Shown here in pieces: positions 8,799 through 16,928 of a DNA stretch of 64,000 nt. This DNA comes from Candidatus Parcubacteria bacterium (GTDB lineage: Bacteria > Patescibacteriota > Minisyncoccia > Minisyncoccales > JAGMDC01): contig JAGLYZ010000002.1 of NCBI GenBank assembly GCA_023131895.1, forward strand, positions 176,474 through 240,473, in the 5' to 3' direction. The position numbers and the translations under genes were made by a program. Position 1 is the stretch's first letter. Every line of letters begins with the position of its first letter. Below the pieces are notes generated by a model. The model saw only the letters and a list, made by a program, of their open reading frames with translations, searched no databases and had not been told where the DNA came from.

Positions 8799-10241
8799 AT
8801 GACTAATAAATTCAGGGCTATATCAATTTTTGTTTTAATATCTTCATTTTTTCTGATTACTCCTATTTTGGTTTTACACTCGCAGGGATATCGTTTTGAT
8901 TTTAATCCGCCAAGCGGCGGAATAAAAATTACCCAAACAGGGGGTTTGTTTGTGAAGGTTTTTCCTAAAAATGCTGATGTTTTTTTAGATGGAAAGATAG
9001 AAGAAAAAACAAGCTTTTTCTTTGGCTCGGTTTATATTGATAACTTGCTGCCAAAAAAATACAATATTCGGGTAGAAAAAAATGATTATAATATCTGGGA
9101 AAAAAATTTAGAAATAAAAGAAAAACAAGTTGCTGAAGCGAAAAACATTACTTTAATTCCAAAAAATTTAGAGATTAAAACTTTAACTAAAAAAGTAGAA
9201 AACTTTTGGGTTTTATCTCAAGAAAAATTAATTTTTGAAGAATCCGCTTCCGCCTTCGCTAAAGCTTCGGCGGATGAAAAAGCTACGACGGACGAGGATG
9301 AATGGGCTTTGAAAATATTTGATTTAGAAAACAATCTTAAGAACCACTTAATTAGTGAAAAAGAAATTTCTAAAAAAGAATCAGAGCTATTAAAATTAAA
9401 TATTTCTTCAGACAATAAAAAAATCCTCTTGAAACTCGGGATTAAAGAACAGCTTCAATACTATATCTTAGATTTAGAACAAAGCCCGCCTGAAATTATT
9501 CCTCTTGATTTTTTAGAATCAGACGCAGAAAGAGTTGATTTTCATCCTCAAGAGCTAAATATAATATTTTATTTTAAAGATGGTAATTTATTTGAAGTTG
9601 ATTTACTAAAACACATCGAGAATTGTTCTCGATGTGTTTTAGAAGAAATATTGACTTATAAAATTTTAGACAATAATATTTATTATATTAATCAGCGCGG
9701 TTATATTTTTAAAAATAATTTATCTTTTGATTCTGAAGAAAAAATCAATATTGTTCCTTTTTCTTTAAAAAAGGAAACTAAATATGAATTAAAAGTTGAG
9801 AATAGCCTTATTTTTATTTTAGAAAACCAAAGTTTATTTTTATTTAACTCAAAAGATAAAAACTTTGAAAAAATCTTTGAGCCAGTAAAAGAAATTAAAC
9901 TCTCTCCTGACGGCAAAAAAATCCTTTATTTTAATGAACACGAAATCTGGATTTTATTCCTGGAAAAACAAGAAAAACAGCCAAAAAAAGAAGCAATGAC
10001 CAAGCAATTTCTAAGCCGTTTTTCAGAAAAAATCAATGATGTTTCCTGGTTTAATTCTCATTATTTAATATTTGATTTAGAAAGTAAAATAAGAGTCATG
10101 GAAATCGATGACCGTGACAAAATAAATAATTATGAATTGTGTTCAGAAATAAAAAAATTCACTTGGGGTAATGAATTTAAACAACTTTACATTCTTACTA
10201 AAAAAAACGTTTTGAATTTTATTCCTCTATCTTCTTTTTAA
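8799..10241 (+). CDS. Membrane-anchored PEGA-domain protein with beta-propeller-like C-terminal part
   Basis: N-terminal TM helix; PEGA-like FVKVFPKNADVFLDGK...YNIRVEKNDY; SPDGKKILYFNEHEIWI repeats. Contains the GC-rich ASAFAKASAD insert. Confidence 0.55.
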   Translation: MTNKFRAISIFVLISSFFLITPILVLHSQGYRFDFNPPSGGIKITQTGGLFVKVFPKNADVFLDGKIEEKTSFFFGSVYIDNLLPKKYNIRVEKNDYNIWEKNLEIKEKQVAEAKNITLIPKNLEIKTLTKKVENFWVLSQEKLIFEESASAFAKASADEKATTDEDEWALKIFDLENNLKNHLISEKEISKKESELLKLNISSDNKKILLKLGIKEQLQYYILDLEQSPPEIIPLDFLESDAERVDFHPQELNIIFYFKDGNLFEVDLLKHIENCSRCVLEEILTYKILDNNIYYINQRGYIFKNNLSFDSEEKINIVPFSLKKETKYELKVENSLIFILENQSLFLFNSKDKNFEKIFEPVKEIKLSPDGKKILYFNEHEIWILFLEKQEKQPKKEAMTKQFLSRFSEKINDVSWFNSHYLIFDLESKIRVMEIDDRDKINNYELCSEIKKFTWGNEFKQLYILTKKNVLNFIPLSSF

Positions 10242-10893
10242 AATCATTCCAATCAATCTCTCCATCTCCAGCTGTTGAACAAACATCTTTAAACTGGCAA
10301 TAGTTGCACTGCCAGTTATTTGGCGATTCTGCCAATTTTGGAGGAATAAGATTATTGTCAATTTTTGTTTTTAGCGATTCAAATCCTTGTAAAAGAGATT
10401 TCACAAGATTTTCATCATAATCAAACACAAATTCTTTAATGTTTTGCTGGTCTTTATCAATATAAAGCAATATGCCTTTTTTAATTTTAAAATAATGAAG
10501 ATAAAGCTGGACTTGTTGGAGATTCTCTGGCTTTGGCTCAGTTAGGTTTCTAAAAATCATACTGTTCATACTTTTAATATCTAAAACATAAAGCTCATTA
10601 TTTAAAGAAAGAATAGCATCTGCTCTGCCGGAAATTATTTCTTGTTCAGGGATTTTTATTTCTGCCGCTACCACAATACCTAATCTAATTAAGGTATTAA
10701 TAGTGTTCATATGCATTGACTCTCCACGTTCAAATATTCTTAGAATGCGCGCATCCATCTTTTCCCTGGGTACATTTTTAAATTTAAAAAATACTGCCCG
10801 GGGACATTTGCCCGCATCAGTAATATAAAAATGATTCTGCTCTCTATTGCTTTGCTGTTCCAAATAAAATTTATCTATAAGTTCTGTTAGCAT
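10219..10893 (-). CDS. Cas4/RecB-like PD-(D/E)XK nuclease with 4-Cys cluster, not next to any CRISPR array
   Basis: N-terminal Cys (GKCPRAVFF), GRADAI...LDIKS...QVQLY nuclease motifs, C-terminal CNYCQFKDVC (CX2CX5C). Start at MLTELIDKF. Confidence 0.7.
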   Translation of the reverse strand: MLTELIDKFYLEQQSNREQNHFYITDAGKCPRAVFFKFKNVPREKMDARILRIFERGESMHMNTINTLIRLGIVVAAEIKIPEQEIISGRADAILSLNNELYVLDIKSMNSMIFRNLTEPKPENLQQVQLYLHYFKIKKGILLYIDKDQQNIKEFVFDYDENLVKSLLQGFESLKTKIDNNLIPPKLAESPNNWQCNYCQFKDVCSTAGDGEIDWNDFKKKIEE

Positions 10894-10894
10894 A

Positions 10895-10921
10895 TTATCT
10901 CTTTCTCCACTGCGGAGCGCG
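10895..10921. repeat. 27-bp direct repeat, copy A (duplicate of the rpsI 3' end)
   Basis: TTATCTCTTTCTCCACTGCGGAGCGCG is identical to 11433-11459. Confidence 0.9.
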
Positions 10922-10944
10922 CACCGCACTGGCACTCGCCACAC

Positions 10945-10985
10945 TTGACAAATTACGTGGGATTGCTATAATAAAAACAGGAGGT
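10945..10985 (+). promoter_or_regulatory. Consensus sigma70-type promoter plus SD of the 10991 cassette
   Basis: TTGACA, 16 nt, TATAAT, then AGGAGGT 5 nt before the ATG. Confidence 0.7.
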
Positions 10986-10990
10986 AAAAA

Positions 10991-11323
10991 ATGATAAACG
11001 ACAGTGGTATTCTATACATTGAACCATCGGCTCGTGTATCTCTTCATCCAATCGTCGATCAGTTGACCCGCAAGATGACTGCAGCATTTCGTCGAAGTAT
11101 TCCTGGCCCTGGATATCGTGGATTCCATGTATGTAGCTGTGGTGTATTTAGTTCTAACTGCGACTACAAGTTACCGAACGACCAGATAACTAATTCTCTA
11201 TGTATTCACTATCTGGCATTTCATCGAGAAGAAATTCCCGAAACAGAACTAAAGAAAGCGGGACGATTGGACTACGGCGAAGAAGAGCCAACCGCGGAGG
11301 AACTCAAAGCTCCACGCAGGTAA
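10991..11323 (+). CDS. Small Cys/His-rich hypothetical protein (110 aa) on a GC-richer cassette
   Basis: FHVCSCGVFSSNCDY...LCIHYLAFHREEIPETEL. Own promoter, SD and terminator. Opposite strand to all neighbours. Confidence 0.6.
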   Translation: MINDSGILYIEPSARVSLHPIVDQLTRKMTAAFRRSIPGPGYRGFHVCSCGVFSSNCDYKLPNDQITNSLCIHYLAFHREEIPETELKKAGRLDYGEEEPTAEELKAPRR

Positions 11324-11349
11324 CATTTTTTACATAAGGGCTTCGGCTC

Positions 11350-11385
11350 AAGGTTCACTTCAATGTGAACCCTTTTTATTTTCCT
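11350..11385 (+). terminator. Rho-independent terminator of the 10991 cassette
   Basis: GGTTCAC-TTCAAT-GTGAACC followed by CTTTTTATTTT. Confidence 0.7.
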
Positions 11386-11432
11386 CAAAATCCATGCCGT
11401 TATCTTCCTATCCATGCACGGCGCACACTTCC

Positions 11433-11459
11433 TTATCTCTTTCTCCACTGCGGAGCGCG
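11433..11459. repeat. 27-bp direct repeat, copy B (true 3' end of rpsI)
   Basis: Encodes ...APQWRKR-stop of S9. Identical to 10895-10921. Confidence 0.9.
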
Positions 11460-11936
11460 GCGGGCTCGCTTAAGTCCGAATTTCTTCCTTTCCCTCATTC
11501 TAGGATCCCTAGTTAAATGGCCTGCTTTCTTTAAACGTTTTCTAAAATCCGAATTAAATTTAACTAACGCGCGCGCTATCCCGTGTCTTACTGCTTCAGC
11601 TTGGGAATGAAAACCGCCTCCTTTTACTAAAACCTGAATCTTAAACTTGTCCTCACTTTTCATTTTATCTAAACTTTCACCAGCAATTTTTTGCGTTTCA
11701 AAATCAGGGAAATAATCTTTTAATGCTTTATTATTAACAAAAAACTCTTTCTCGCCTCTTGTCCAAACCCTCACTCGAGCAACTGATGTTTTTCTTCTTC
11801 CAATGGCCTCTATATAGGAGGAAGAGACCTTTTTAGGTTTTTTTTCAATTATTTTAGAAGCGCTTTTTTCCTTCTTTTTGACTTCTTTCTGCTTTTTTGG
11901 TTCTTTAGTTATTTTTTTAGGTTTGATTTTCTCCAT
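11433..11936 (-). CDS. rpsI: 30S ribosomal protein S9 with Lys-rich N-terminal extension
   Basis: IGRRKTSVARVRVW...GGGFHSQAEAVRHGIARAL...RRAPQWRKR; follows rplM. Confidence 0.9.
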   Translation of the reverse strand: MEKIKPKKITKEPKKQKEVKKKEKSASKIIEKKPKKVSSSYIEAIGRRKTSVARVRVWTRGEKEFFVNNKALKDYFPDFETQKIAGESLDKMKSEDKFKIQVLVKGGGFHSQAEAVRHGIARALVKFNSDFRKRLKKAGHLTRDPRMRERKKFGLKRARRAPQWRKR

Positions 11937-11941
11937 AAAAA

Positions 11942-12289
11942 TTATTGAATTTTTAAACGTTTTATTATCTTAGCGCGTAATCTATTTTTAGGCAGCATTC
12001 CGAAAACTGCTTTTTTTAAAACTTCTCCAGGACTTTGTTCAAAAAGATCTTTTAAGGGCGTTTCTTTTAAACCACCCATAAAACCTGTATGATGATAGTA
12101 AACTTTCTGCTCTATCTTCTTACCTGTAAATTTAATTTTATCAACATTTTTTACAATAACAAAATCTCCTATATCTTTATTATATGTAAAATCAGGTTTG
12201 TGCTTGCCACGCAAGAAAACTGCGATCTCAGTCGCTAAACGACCGAGAACCTTATTAGTGGCATCGATTGTATGAGTATTTCTCTTCAT
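11942..12289 (-). CDS. rplM: 50S ribosomal protein L13
   Basis: DATNKVLGRLATEIAVFLRGKHKP...YYHHTGFMGGLK. Confidence 0.9.
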   Translation of the reverse strand: MKRNTHTIDATNKVLGRLATEIAVFLRGKHKPDFTYNKDIGDFVIVKNVDKIKFTGKKIEQKVYYHHTGFMGGLKETPLKDLFEQSPGEVLKKAVFGMLPKNRLRAKIIKRLKIQ

Positions 12290-12314
12290 AAATTAAAAAC
12301 TAAAAAGTATTTCT

Positions 12315-12339
12315 GCGAAGAAAACAAATTTTTCAAATT
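12315..12339. repeat. Family-3 motif (copy 2)
   Basis: gcgaagaaaacaaatttttcaaatt, directly after the rplQ stop. Confidence 0.65.
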
Positions 12340-12690
12340 CTACTTAACTAATTCTATTATCGCCATCTTTGTTCCGTCTGATTTTCTAATTCCTAATTTT
12401 ATAATTCGAGTATAGCCACCATTCCTCCCCTTATATCTTGGTCCAATATCATCTATAAGTTTCTTAACTATTTTAGGAGCAAAAAACTTGGCTAATAATC
12501 TTCTTGCAGCCATTGTTCCTTTTTTTGCTTTGGTAATATTTTTCTCAACAAATTTGGAAACTTCCTTGCTTTTTACTTCAGTTGTTTTTATTTTCTCATT
12601 CAAAATAAGAGCACTTGCTAAAGTTTTTAAAAGCGCTTTCCGCTGATCTTTTTGCCTATGAAATTTTCTACCTTCTTTTCGTTTTCGCAT
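12340..12690 (-). CDS. rplQ: 50S ribosomal protein L17
   Basis: MRKRKEGRKFHRQKDQRKALLKTLASALI...GGYTRIIKLG. Confidence 0.9.
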   Translation of the reverse strand: MRKRKEGRKFHRQKDQRKALLKTLASALILNEKIKTTEVKSKEVSKFVEKNITKAKKGTMAARRLLAKFFAPKIVKKLIDDIGPRYKGRNGGYTRIIKLGIRKSDGTKMAIIELVK

Positions 12691-13468
12691 TATACTTTTT
12701 CTTTTTTATGGCTGGTTTCTTTGCCTTTGTAGGTTTCTCTTTTTTCGCTGGCTTTTCGGTTTCTAATGGCTTCGGCTTTTCTTTTTCTTGAAAAATATCT
12801 GTAAGTAAGGAAAAATGTTTCTTTAAAATTTCAGAGGACTGGAATAGGGCTTGCTCCGGAGTAATAGTCCCATCTGTCTCAATCTCTATTTTTAAACTGT
12901 CAAAATCCGTCCTTTCCTCTACCATAACATTTTCTATATGGAAGGACACTTTTCTCACTGGTGTAAAAATTGCATCAAGAGGCATTTCACCTATTTCCAA
13001 TTTCTCTTTTTTTCTCCATTCTACCGGCTCATAACCAAATCCTCTCTCAACTAAAATTTCCATTTCTAATTCTGCTTTCTTATCTGTTAAAGTAGCCATA
13101 AAAGCATCTTTATTTATTAAATCTAATTGAGCCGGCAATTTAAAGTCAGAACCTTTTACTTTTTTCTCGCCCTTTATAGAAAGAACTGCTCTTTGCGGCT
13201 CATCACTATGAATCTTAAACCTTAATTGTTTTAAATTTAATAAAATTGAAACCACATCCTCTAAAACACCTGGGATAGTTGAAAACTCGTGGGAAATTCC
13301 TCTAATTTTTACTTGAGTAACCGCAGCACCAGGCAAAGAAGAAAGTAAAACTCTCCTTAAAGCATTTCCAACAGTAACACCGTAACCAGGATAAAGAGCT
13401 TCTATTTGAAAACGAGCCCAGTTGTCTTTTTTTTCAATAATTTTTATTTTATTAGGTAAAGAAATCAT
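12668..13468 (-). CDS. rpoA: RNA polymerase alpha subunit, N-terminal domain only, with Lys/Pro-rich tail
   Basis: GYGVTVGNALRRVLLSSLPGAAVT...; 266 aa. After about residue 228 only EKEKPKPLETEKPAKKEKPTKAKKPAIKKKK. Overlaps the rplQ start by 23 nt. Confidence 0.85.
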   Translation of the reverse strand: MISLPNKIKIIEKKDNWARFQIEALYPGYGVTVGNALRRVLLSSLPGAAVTQVKIRGISHEFSTIPGVLEDVVSILLNLKQLRFKIHSDEPQRAVLSIKGEKKVKGSDFKLPAQLDLINKDAFMATLTDKKAELEMEILVERGFGYEPVEWRKKEKLEIGEMPLDAIFTPVRKVSFHIENVMVEERTDFDSLKIEIETDGTITPEQALFQSSEILKKHFSLLTDIFQEKEKPKPLETEKPAKKEKPTKAKKPAIKKKKYNAKTKRR

Positions 13469-13569
13469 AAAATCATTTTAACATCTAAACATTTAAGCAT
13501 CTTAACATATAAACATAATTTAAATTCAGAATGTTAAAATGTTAGAATGTTTGAGTGTTAGTATGCTAT
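13469..13569. repeat. Family-1 palindromic intergenic element
   Basis: aaaatcattttaacatctaaacatttaagcatcttaacat ... atgttaaaatgttagaatgtttgagtgttagtatg; rpoA-rpsD spacer. Confidence 0.8.
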
Positions 13570-14196
13570 TTATCTTGAATAATACTCAAAAATTACAGAA
13601 ATCTCGGCAGGAAAATCTGACTCATCCATTAATGGTTCTTCCTTAACTTTTGCTTCTAGCTTTTCTAAATTGAGTTCTAACCAGGCAGGAAGCTGATATT
13701 TTTTCAAAGCAGCAGGAAGTTTCTGAAAAATGTTTAGTTTCAAAGAAGAAGGATGAATAGTGATTTTGTCTCCTTTCTTTAATTTGTAAGAAGGTATATT
13801 AACTTTCTTTCCATTAATTAAAAAATGTTGATGGGAAACCATTTGTCGAGCTTGAGAACGGGAAGAAGCCCATCCTAATTTAAAAATTACATTATCAAAA
13901 CGGCTCTCTAACTCTTTCATAAGAAAGGTTCCTGCATCCTCTACTTTCCCTCTTTTTCCTAATGCTTTTTTTACGTATTTGCTGAATTGCTCTTCTTTTA
14001 GATTATACCAATTTTTAAGTTTTTGTTTTTCTTTTAATTCCTTGCCGTATTCAGAAATAGATTTTCTTCTTTTAATTCTTTTGCCAGGCGGATAAGGCCT
14101 TTTTATCATAGCGCATTTAGTAGAGAAACATCGCTCTCCTCTTAAAAAAAGCTTGACTTCAGCTCTTCTACAAATTTTACATTTTGCGTTAATCAT
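13570..14196 (-). CDS. rpsD: 30S ribosomal protein S4
   Basis: Start set at MINAKCKICRRAEVKLFLRGERC (zinc-type N-terminus); S4 domain SRSQARQMVSHQHFLINGKKV. Confidence 0.9.
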   Translation of the reverse strand: MINAKCKICRRAEVKLFLRGERCFSTKCAMIKRPYPPGKRIKRRKSISEYGKELKEKQKLKNWYNLKEEQFSKYVKKALGKRGKVEDAGTFLMKELESRFDNVIFKLGWASSRSQARQMVSHQHFLINGKKVNIPSYKLKKGDKITIHPSSLKLNIFQKLPAALKKYQLPAWLELNLEKLEAKVKEEPLMDESDFPAEISVIFEYYSR

Positions 14197-14212
14197 TTTA
14201 ACATTTATGATT

Positions 14213-14665
14213 TTATACTCTTCTTGCCTTTCTAGGCCTGCACCCATTATGAGGTATAGGTGTAACATCCTTAATAGATAAAATATCAAAACCTCTGCTT
14301 GCTAAGGCTCTTATTGCTGAATCTCTGCCACTGCCAACGCCTTTTACTATTATTTGAATTCTTTCTATTCCTATTTTTTGAGCCCGTTGGATTAATGCTT
14401 CAGCGACTTTTGAAGCGGCAAAAGGGGTAGCTTTTTTTGTTCCCCTAAAACCGATATTGCCAGCGCTTGCCCAGCTTAATATATTTCCCTGCAAATCAGT
14501 CAGTGTAATAATAGTATTATTATAAGAAGAATAAATACAAACTCTGCCTTCGTTTATTTTTCTGGAAGGTTGAATCTTTGTCTCTTTTTTTACAGCAGCA
14601 TCTACTTTTTCCTTTTCTTGAATCAGCTCTTTTTCTGTTTTTTGAATAATACGTTTCTTACCCAC
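14213..14665 (-). CDS. rpsK: 30S ribosomal protein S11 with N-terminal extension (GTG start)
   Basis: GRVCIYSSYNNTIITLTDLQGNILSWASAGNIGFRGTKKATPFAA... Confidence 0.9.
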   Translation of the reverse strand: MGKKRIIQKTEKELIQEKEKVDAAVKKETKIQPSRKINEGRVCIYSSYNNTIITLTDLQGNILSWASAGNIGFRGTKKATPFAASKVAEALIQRAQKIGIERIQIIVKGVGSGRDSAIRALASRGFDILSIKDVTPIPHNGCRPRKARRV

Positions 14666-14755
14666 AGAAGCATACTAACATATTAACATACTAACATATT
14701 AACAAAATGTAAATTCAAAATGTTAAAATGCTTAAATGTTAGAATGTTAGAATGA
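14666..14755. repeat. Family-1 palindromic intergenic element
   Basis: catactaacatattaacatactaacatattaac ... atgttaaaatgcttaaatgttagaatgttagaatg; rpsK-rpsM spacer. Confidence 0.8.
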
Positions 14756-15145
14756 TTATTTTGCTGTTGGAGGCGGTTTTCTTCCGCTACCAACTGTTTT
14801 TCTTACATTGCCGCGAACAGTCCTATTATTGCTTTTAGTTCTTTGGCCTCTAACTGGTAAATTTTTAATATGACGGATACCCTTTAAGCAACCAATGTCT
14901 TTTAAGCGCTTTATGGCAACTATTCTTTCGCGCCTAAGGTCTCCCTCAATTTTATATTTCTTTTCAATGGCTTCTCTAAGCGCGTTAATCTGCTCTGGAC
15001 TCAATTTAGAAGCAGGAATATAATGGTCAATCTCTGTTTCTGTCAAAATTTCTTTAGCCAAAGAACGGCCTATTCCATAAATATAGGTTAAAGCAATTTC
15101 TATTTGTTTGTTTTCCGGGATATTTATCCCTGCTATACGTGGCAT
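14756..15145 (-). CDS. rpsM: 30S ribosomal protein S13
   Basis: MPRIAGINIPENKQIEIALTYIYGIGRSLAKEIL... Confidence 0.9.
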   Translation of the reverse strand: MPRIAGINIPENKQIEIALTYIYGIGRSLAKEILTETEIDHYIPASKLSPEQINALREAIEKKYKIEGDLRRERIVAIKRLKDIGCLKGIRHIKNLPVRGQRTKSNNRTVRGNVRKTVGSGRKPPPTAK

Positions 15146-15149
15146 GTTT

Positions 15150-15266
15150 CTACCCTTGGCGTTGTTTATGCTTCGGATTTTTAGAACAAATAATATAAAC
15201 TCGCCCTTTTCTTCGGACGACTTTACAATCTTTACACATTTTTTTCACCGATGACCTAACTTTCAT
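15150..15266 (-). CDS. rpmJ: 50S ribosomal protein L36
   Basis: Own translation (too short for the track): [38 protein letters not shown]. Confidence 0.85.
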   Translation of the reverse strand: MKVRSSVKKMCKDCKVVRRKGRVYIICSKNPKHKQRQG

Positions 15267-15290
15267 ATCTTATAAATAAACACTAATTAA

Positions 15291-15359
15291 AACCACTAAT
15301 TCTCACGAATAAGTATTTGGATATATCCGCGATTTTTATTCGTGATTCTATTAGTGGTT
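15291..15359. repeat. Unique long hairpin between infA and rpmJ
   Basis: aaccactaat/attagtggtt and tcacgaataa/ttattcgtga are two perfect 10-bp stems around a loop of about 23 nt. Confidence 0.7.
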
Positions 15360-15360
15360 G

Positions 15361-15594
15361 CTATTTCCCTCTGTATACAATCCTGCCTCTATTTTCGTCA
15401 TAAGGACCCATTTCTATTGTTACCTTATCACCAGCTAAAATTTTAATTCTATACATACGCAACCGGCCGGCAAGATAAGCAATTATTTCCCTTCCGTCAT
15501 CTAACTTTACTTTAAATTTTAAACTAGGTAAAGTTTCTAAAACTATTCCCTCTATTTTTGTTTTATTTGAATTTTTGTTATTTAAATTCCCCAT
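15361..15594 (-). CDS. infA: Translation initiation factor IF-1
   Basis: IEGIVLETLPSLKFKVKLDDGREIIAYLAGRLRMYRIKILAGDKVTIEMGPYD (S1-like fold pattern). Confidence 0.9.
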   Translation of the reverse strand: MGNLNNKNSNKTKIEGIVLETLPSLKFKVKLDDGREIIAYLAGRLRMYRIKILAGDKVTIEMGPYDENRGRIVYRGK

Positions 15595-15624
15595 CTGGTA
15601 TTAAGATTAACAAATTTTATAAAG

Positions 15625-16863
15625 CTAGTCAAGTTTAATTTCAATATCAATTTTTTCTGTATCTTTTGGAATTTTTTTAAGCCAAAAAGGCCAAAGTTCA
15701 ATCTGAAAAGCGGTAATCTCTTGCTGATTTTCTAAAAGCACCTTTGCTTCATCAAATAATTTATCGCTTAAAGCATCTTTAAAAGCTAAAATATCAAGAG
15801 CAGGATAAATATTAGCTGAAAAATCTAAGGAAAGATTAACTTTACTGGCTTCTGAATTAATCGTTTGAATAGAATAACTGATTTGCACGCTTTCATTGTG
15901 CAACTTTTTATCTGCTGAAATCTGAGAAGAAATTGTATTTTTAACAAAATCCCTAAGATTTTGCTTTTTGAATGTTAATGCCTTTGACTTTAATTTCACT
16001 TTATAATTAAATCTTTCTGCTTCTGTTTCTGCTTGAATTGATGAAGATGATTCTATGATCTCTTGCTTTAAGGTTTTCTCTAATAAATAGTATTCTGGTT
16101 CCGCCTTGAGTAATAATGTCTTTTTAGTTTCTTTTTTTAAGCTGTCCAACAAGGCCTTTTCTGCATTTTCTAAATCTGCTTCAGTAACCTGAGCAACTAT
16201 CCCTCCGCCTGCCATTGGAGAAAATGATTTAGCGTAAAAAAAAGTAAATTTGGAGGAACCGGCAAACCCAGGAATAGAGAAAGTTGTCGGCTCAATATTA
16301 TAATCTTCACCAGGCTGGTCAGCAATAATTTCAACATCAATCTGGCCAGGAACCAGCTTGCCTTTTTCGTAATGGCCTCCTGGTATTACTATTTTCTTAG
16401 GCGTGCGAAACAGCTTTCCAGACGCAGAAACAAATCTTGTTGTTGCCACTAAAACCTGTGAAGAAGTAGAATAAGCATTATAAACACGGGCTATGCCTTT
16501 TGCTTTTTTAGAAACAGAACCAGTCGCAGAAAATTCCTGAACTATTTCTTTTTCTTCTTCCATTATTTCTCCTGAGATAATCTTATTAGAAAAATCGCTA
16601 TCTTTAGTATTTAAATTTATGGTAATATTATCTTCAAAACTTAATAATTCTTTTTCCGGCCATATTTCTATTTCTGCTTTAGAAAAAGTGATGTGTATGA
16701 AAACACCTAAAAAAATAAAAGCAATTAGCAGAAATATAAGTTTTTTTGGAGACAAAAAAGCAATCTTCTCTCTCTTTTTAGATAAGCCATCTTTTTTCTT
16801 AATCAAAATGCTGTCTATACTTTCTTTTTTTGGAGGAATAATATCAAATATCTTTTTAGACAT
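15625..16863 (-). CDS. Membrane-anchored hypothetical protein (412 aa)
   Basis: Long ORF with one N-terminal TM helix (LIFLLIAFIFLGVFIHITF). No family recognised. Confidence 0.5.
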   Translation of the reverse strand: MSKKIFDIIPPKKESIDSILIKKKDGLSKKREKIAFLSPKKLIFLLIAFIFLGVFIHITFSKAEIEIWPEKELLSFEDNITINLNTKDSDFSNKIISGEIMEEEKEIVQEFSATGSVSKKAKGIARVYNAYSTSSQVLVATTRFVSASGKLFRTPKKIVIPGGHYEKGKLVPGQIDVEIIADQPGEDYNIEPTTFSIPGFAGSSKFTFFYAKSFSPMAGGGIVAQVTEADLENAEKALLDSLKKETKKTLLLKAEPEYYLLEKTLKQEIIESSSSIQAETEAERFNYKVKLKSKALTFKKQNLRDFVKNTISSQISADKKLHNESVQISYSIQTINSEASKVNLSLDFSANIYPALDILAFKDALSDKLFDEAKVLLENQQEITAFQIELWPFWLKKIPKDTEKIDIEIKLD

Positions 16864-16881
16864 AAAAATATAATTTTTTCA

Positions 16882-16909
16882 GCGAAGAAAACAGATTTTT
16901 CGAAGCAAT
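16882..16909. repeat. Family-3 motif (copy 3)
   Basis: gcgaagaaaacagatttttcgaagcaat, between alaS and the 15625..16863 gene. Confidence 0.65.
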
Positions 16910-16928
16910 AAATTATTTAAACAAACAT

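Noticed and set aside
10895-11459. The 27-bp repeats as dif sites of a Xer-dependent integrative element (IMEX).
   Set aside because: The sequence bears no resemblance to the dif consensus architecture (two 11-nt arms around a 6-nt core ending in TTATGTTAAAT-like sequence). The mechanism is left open.
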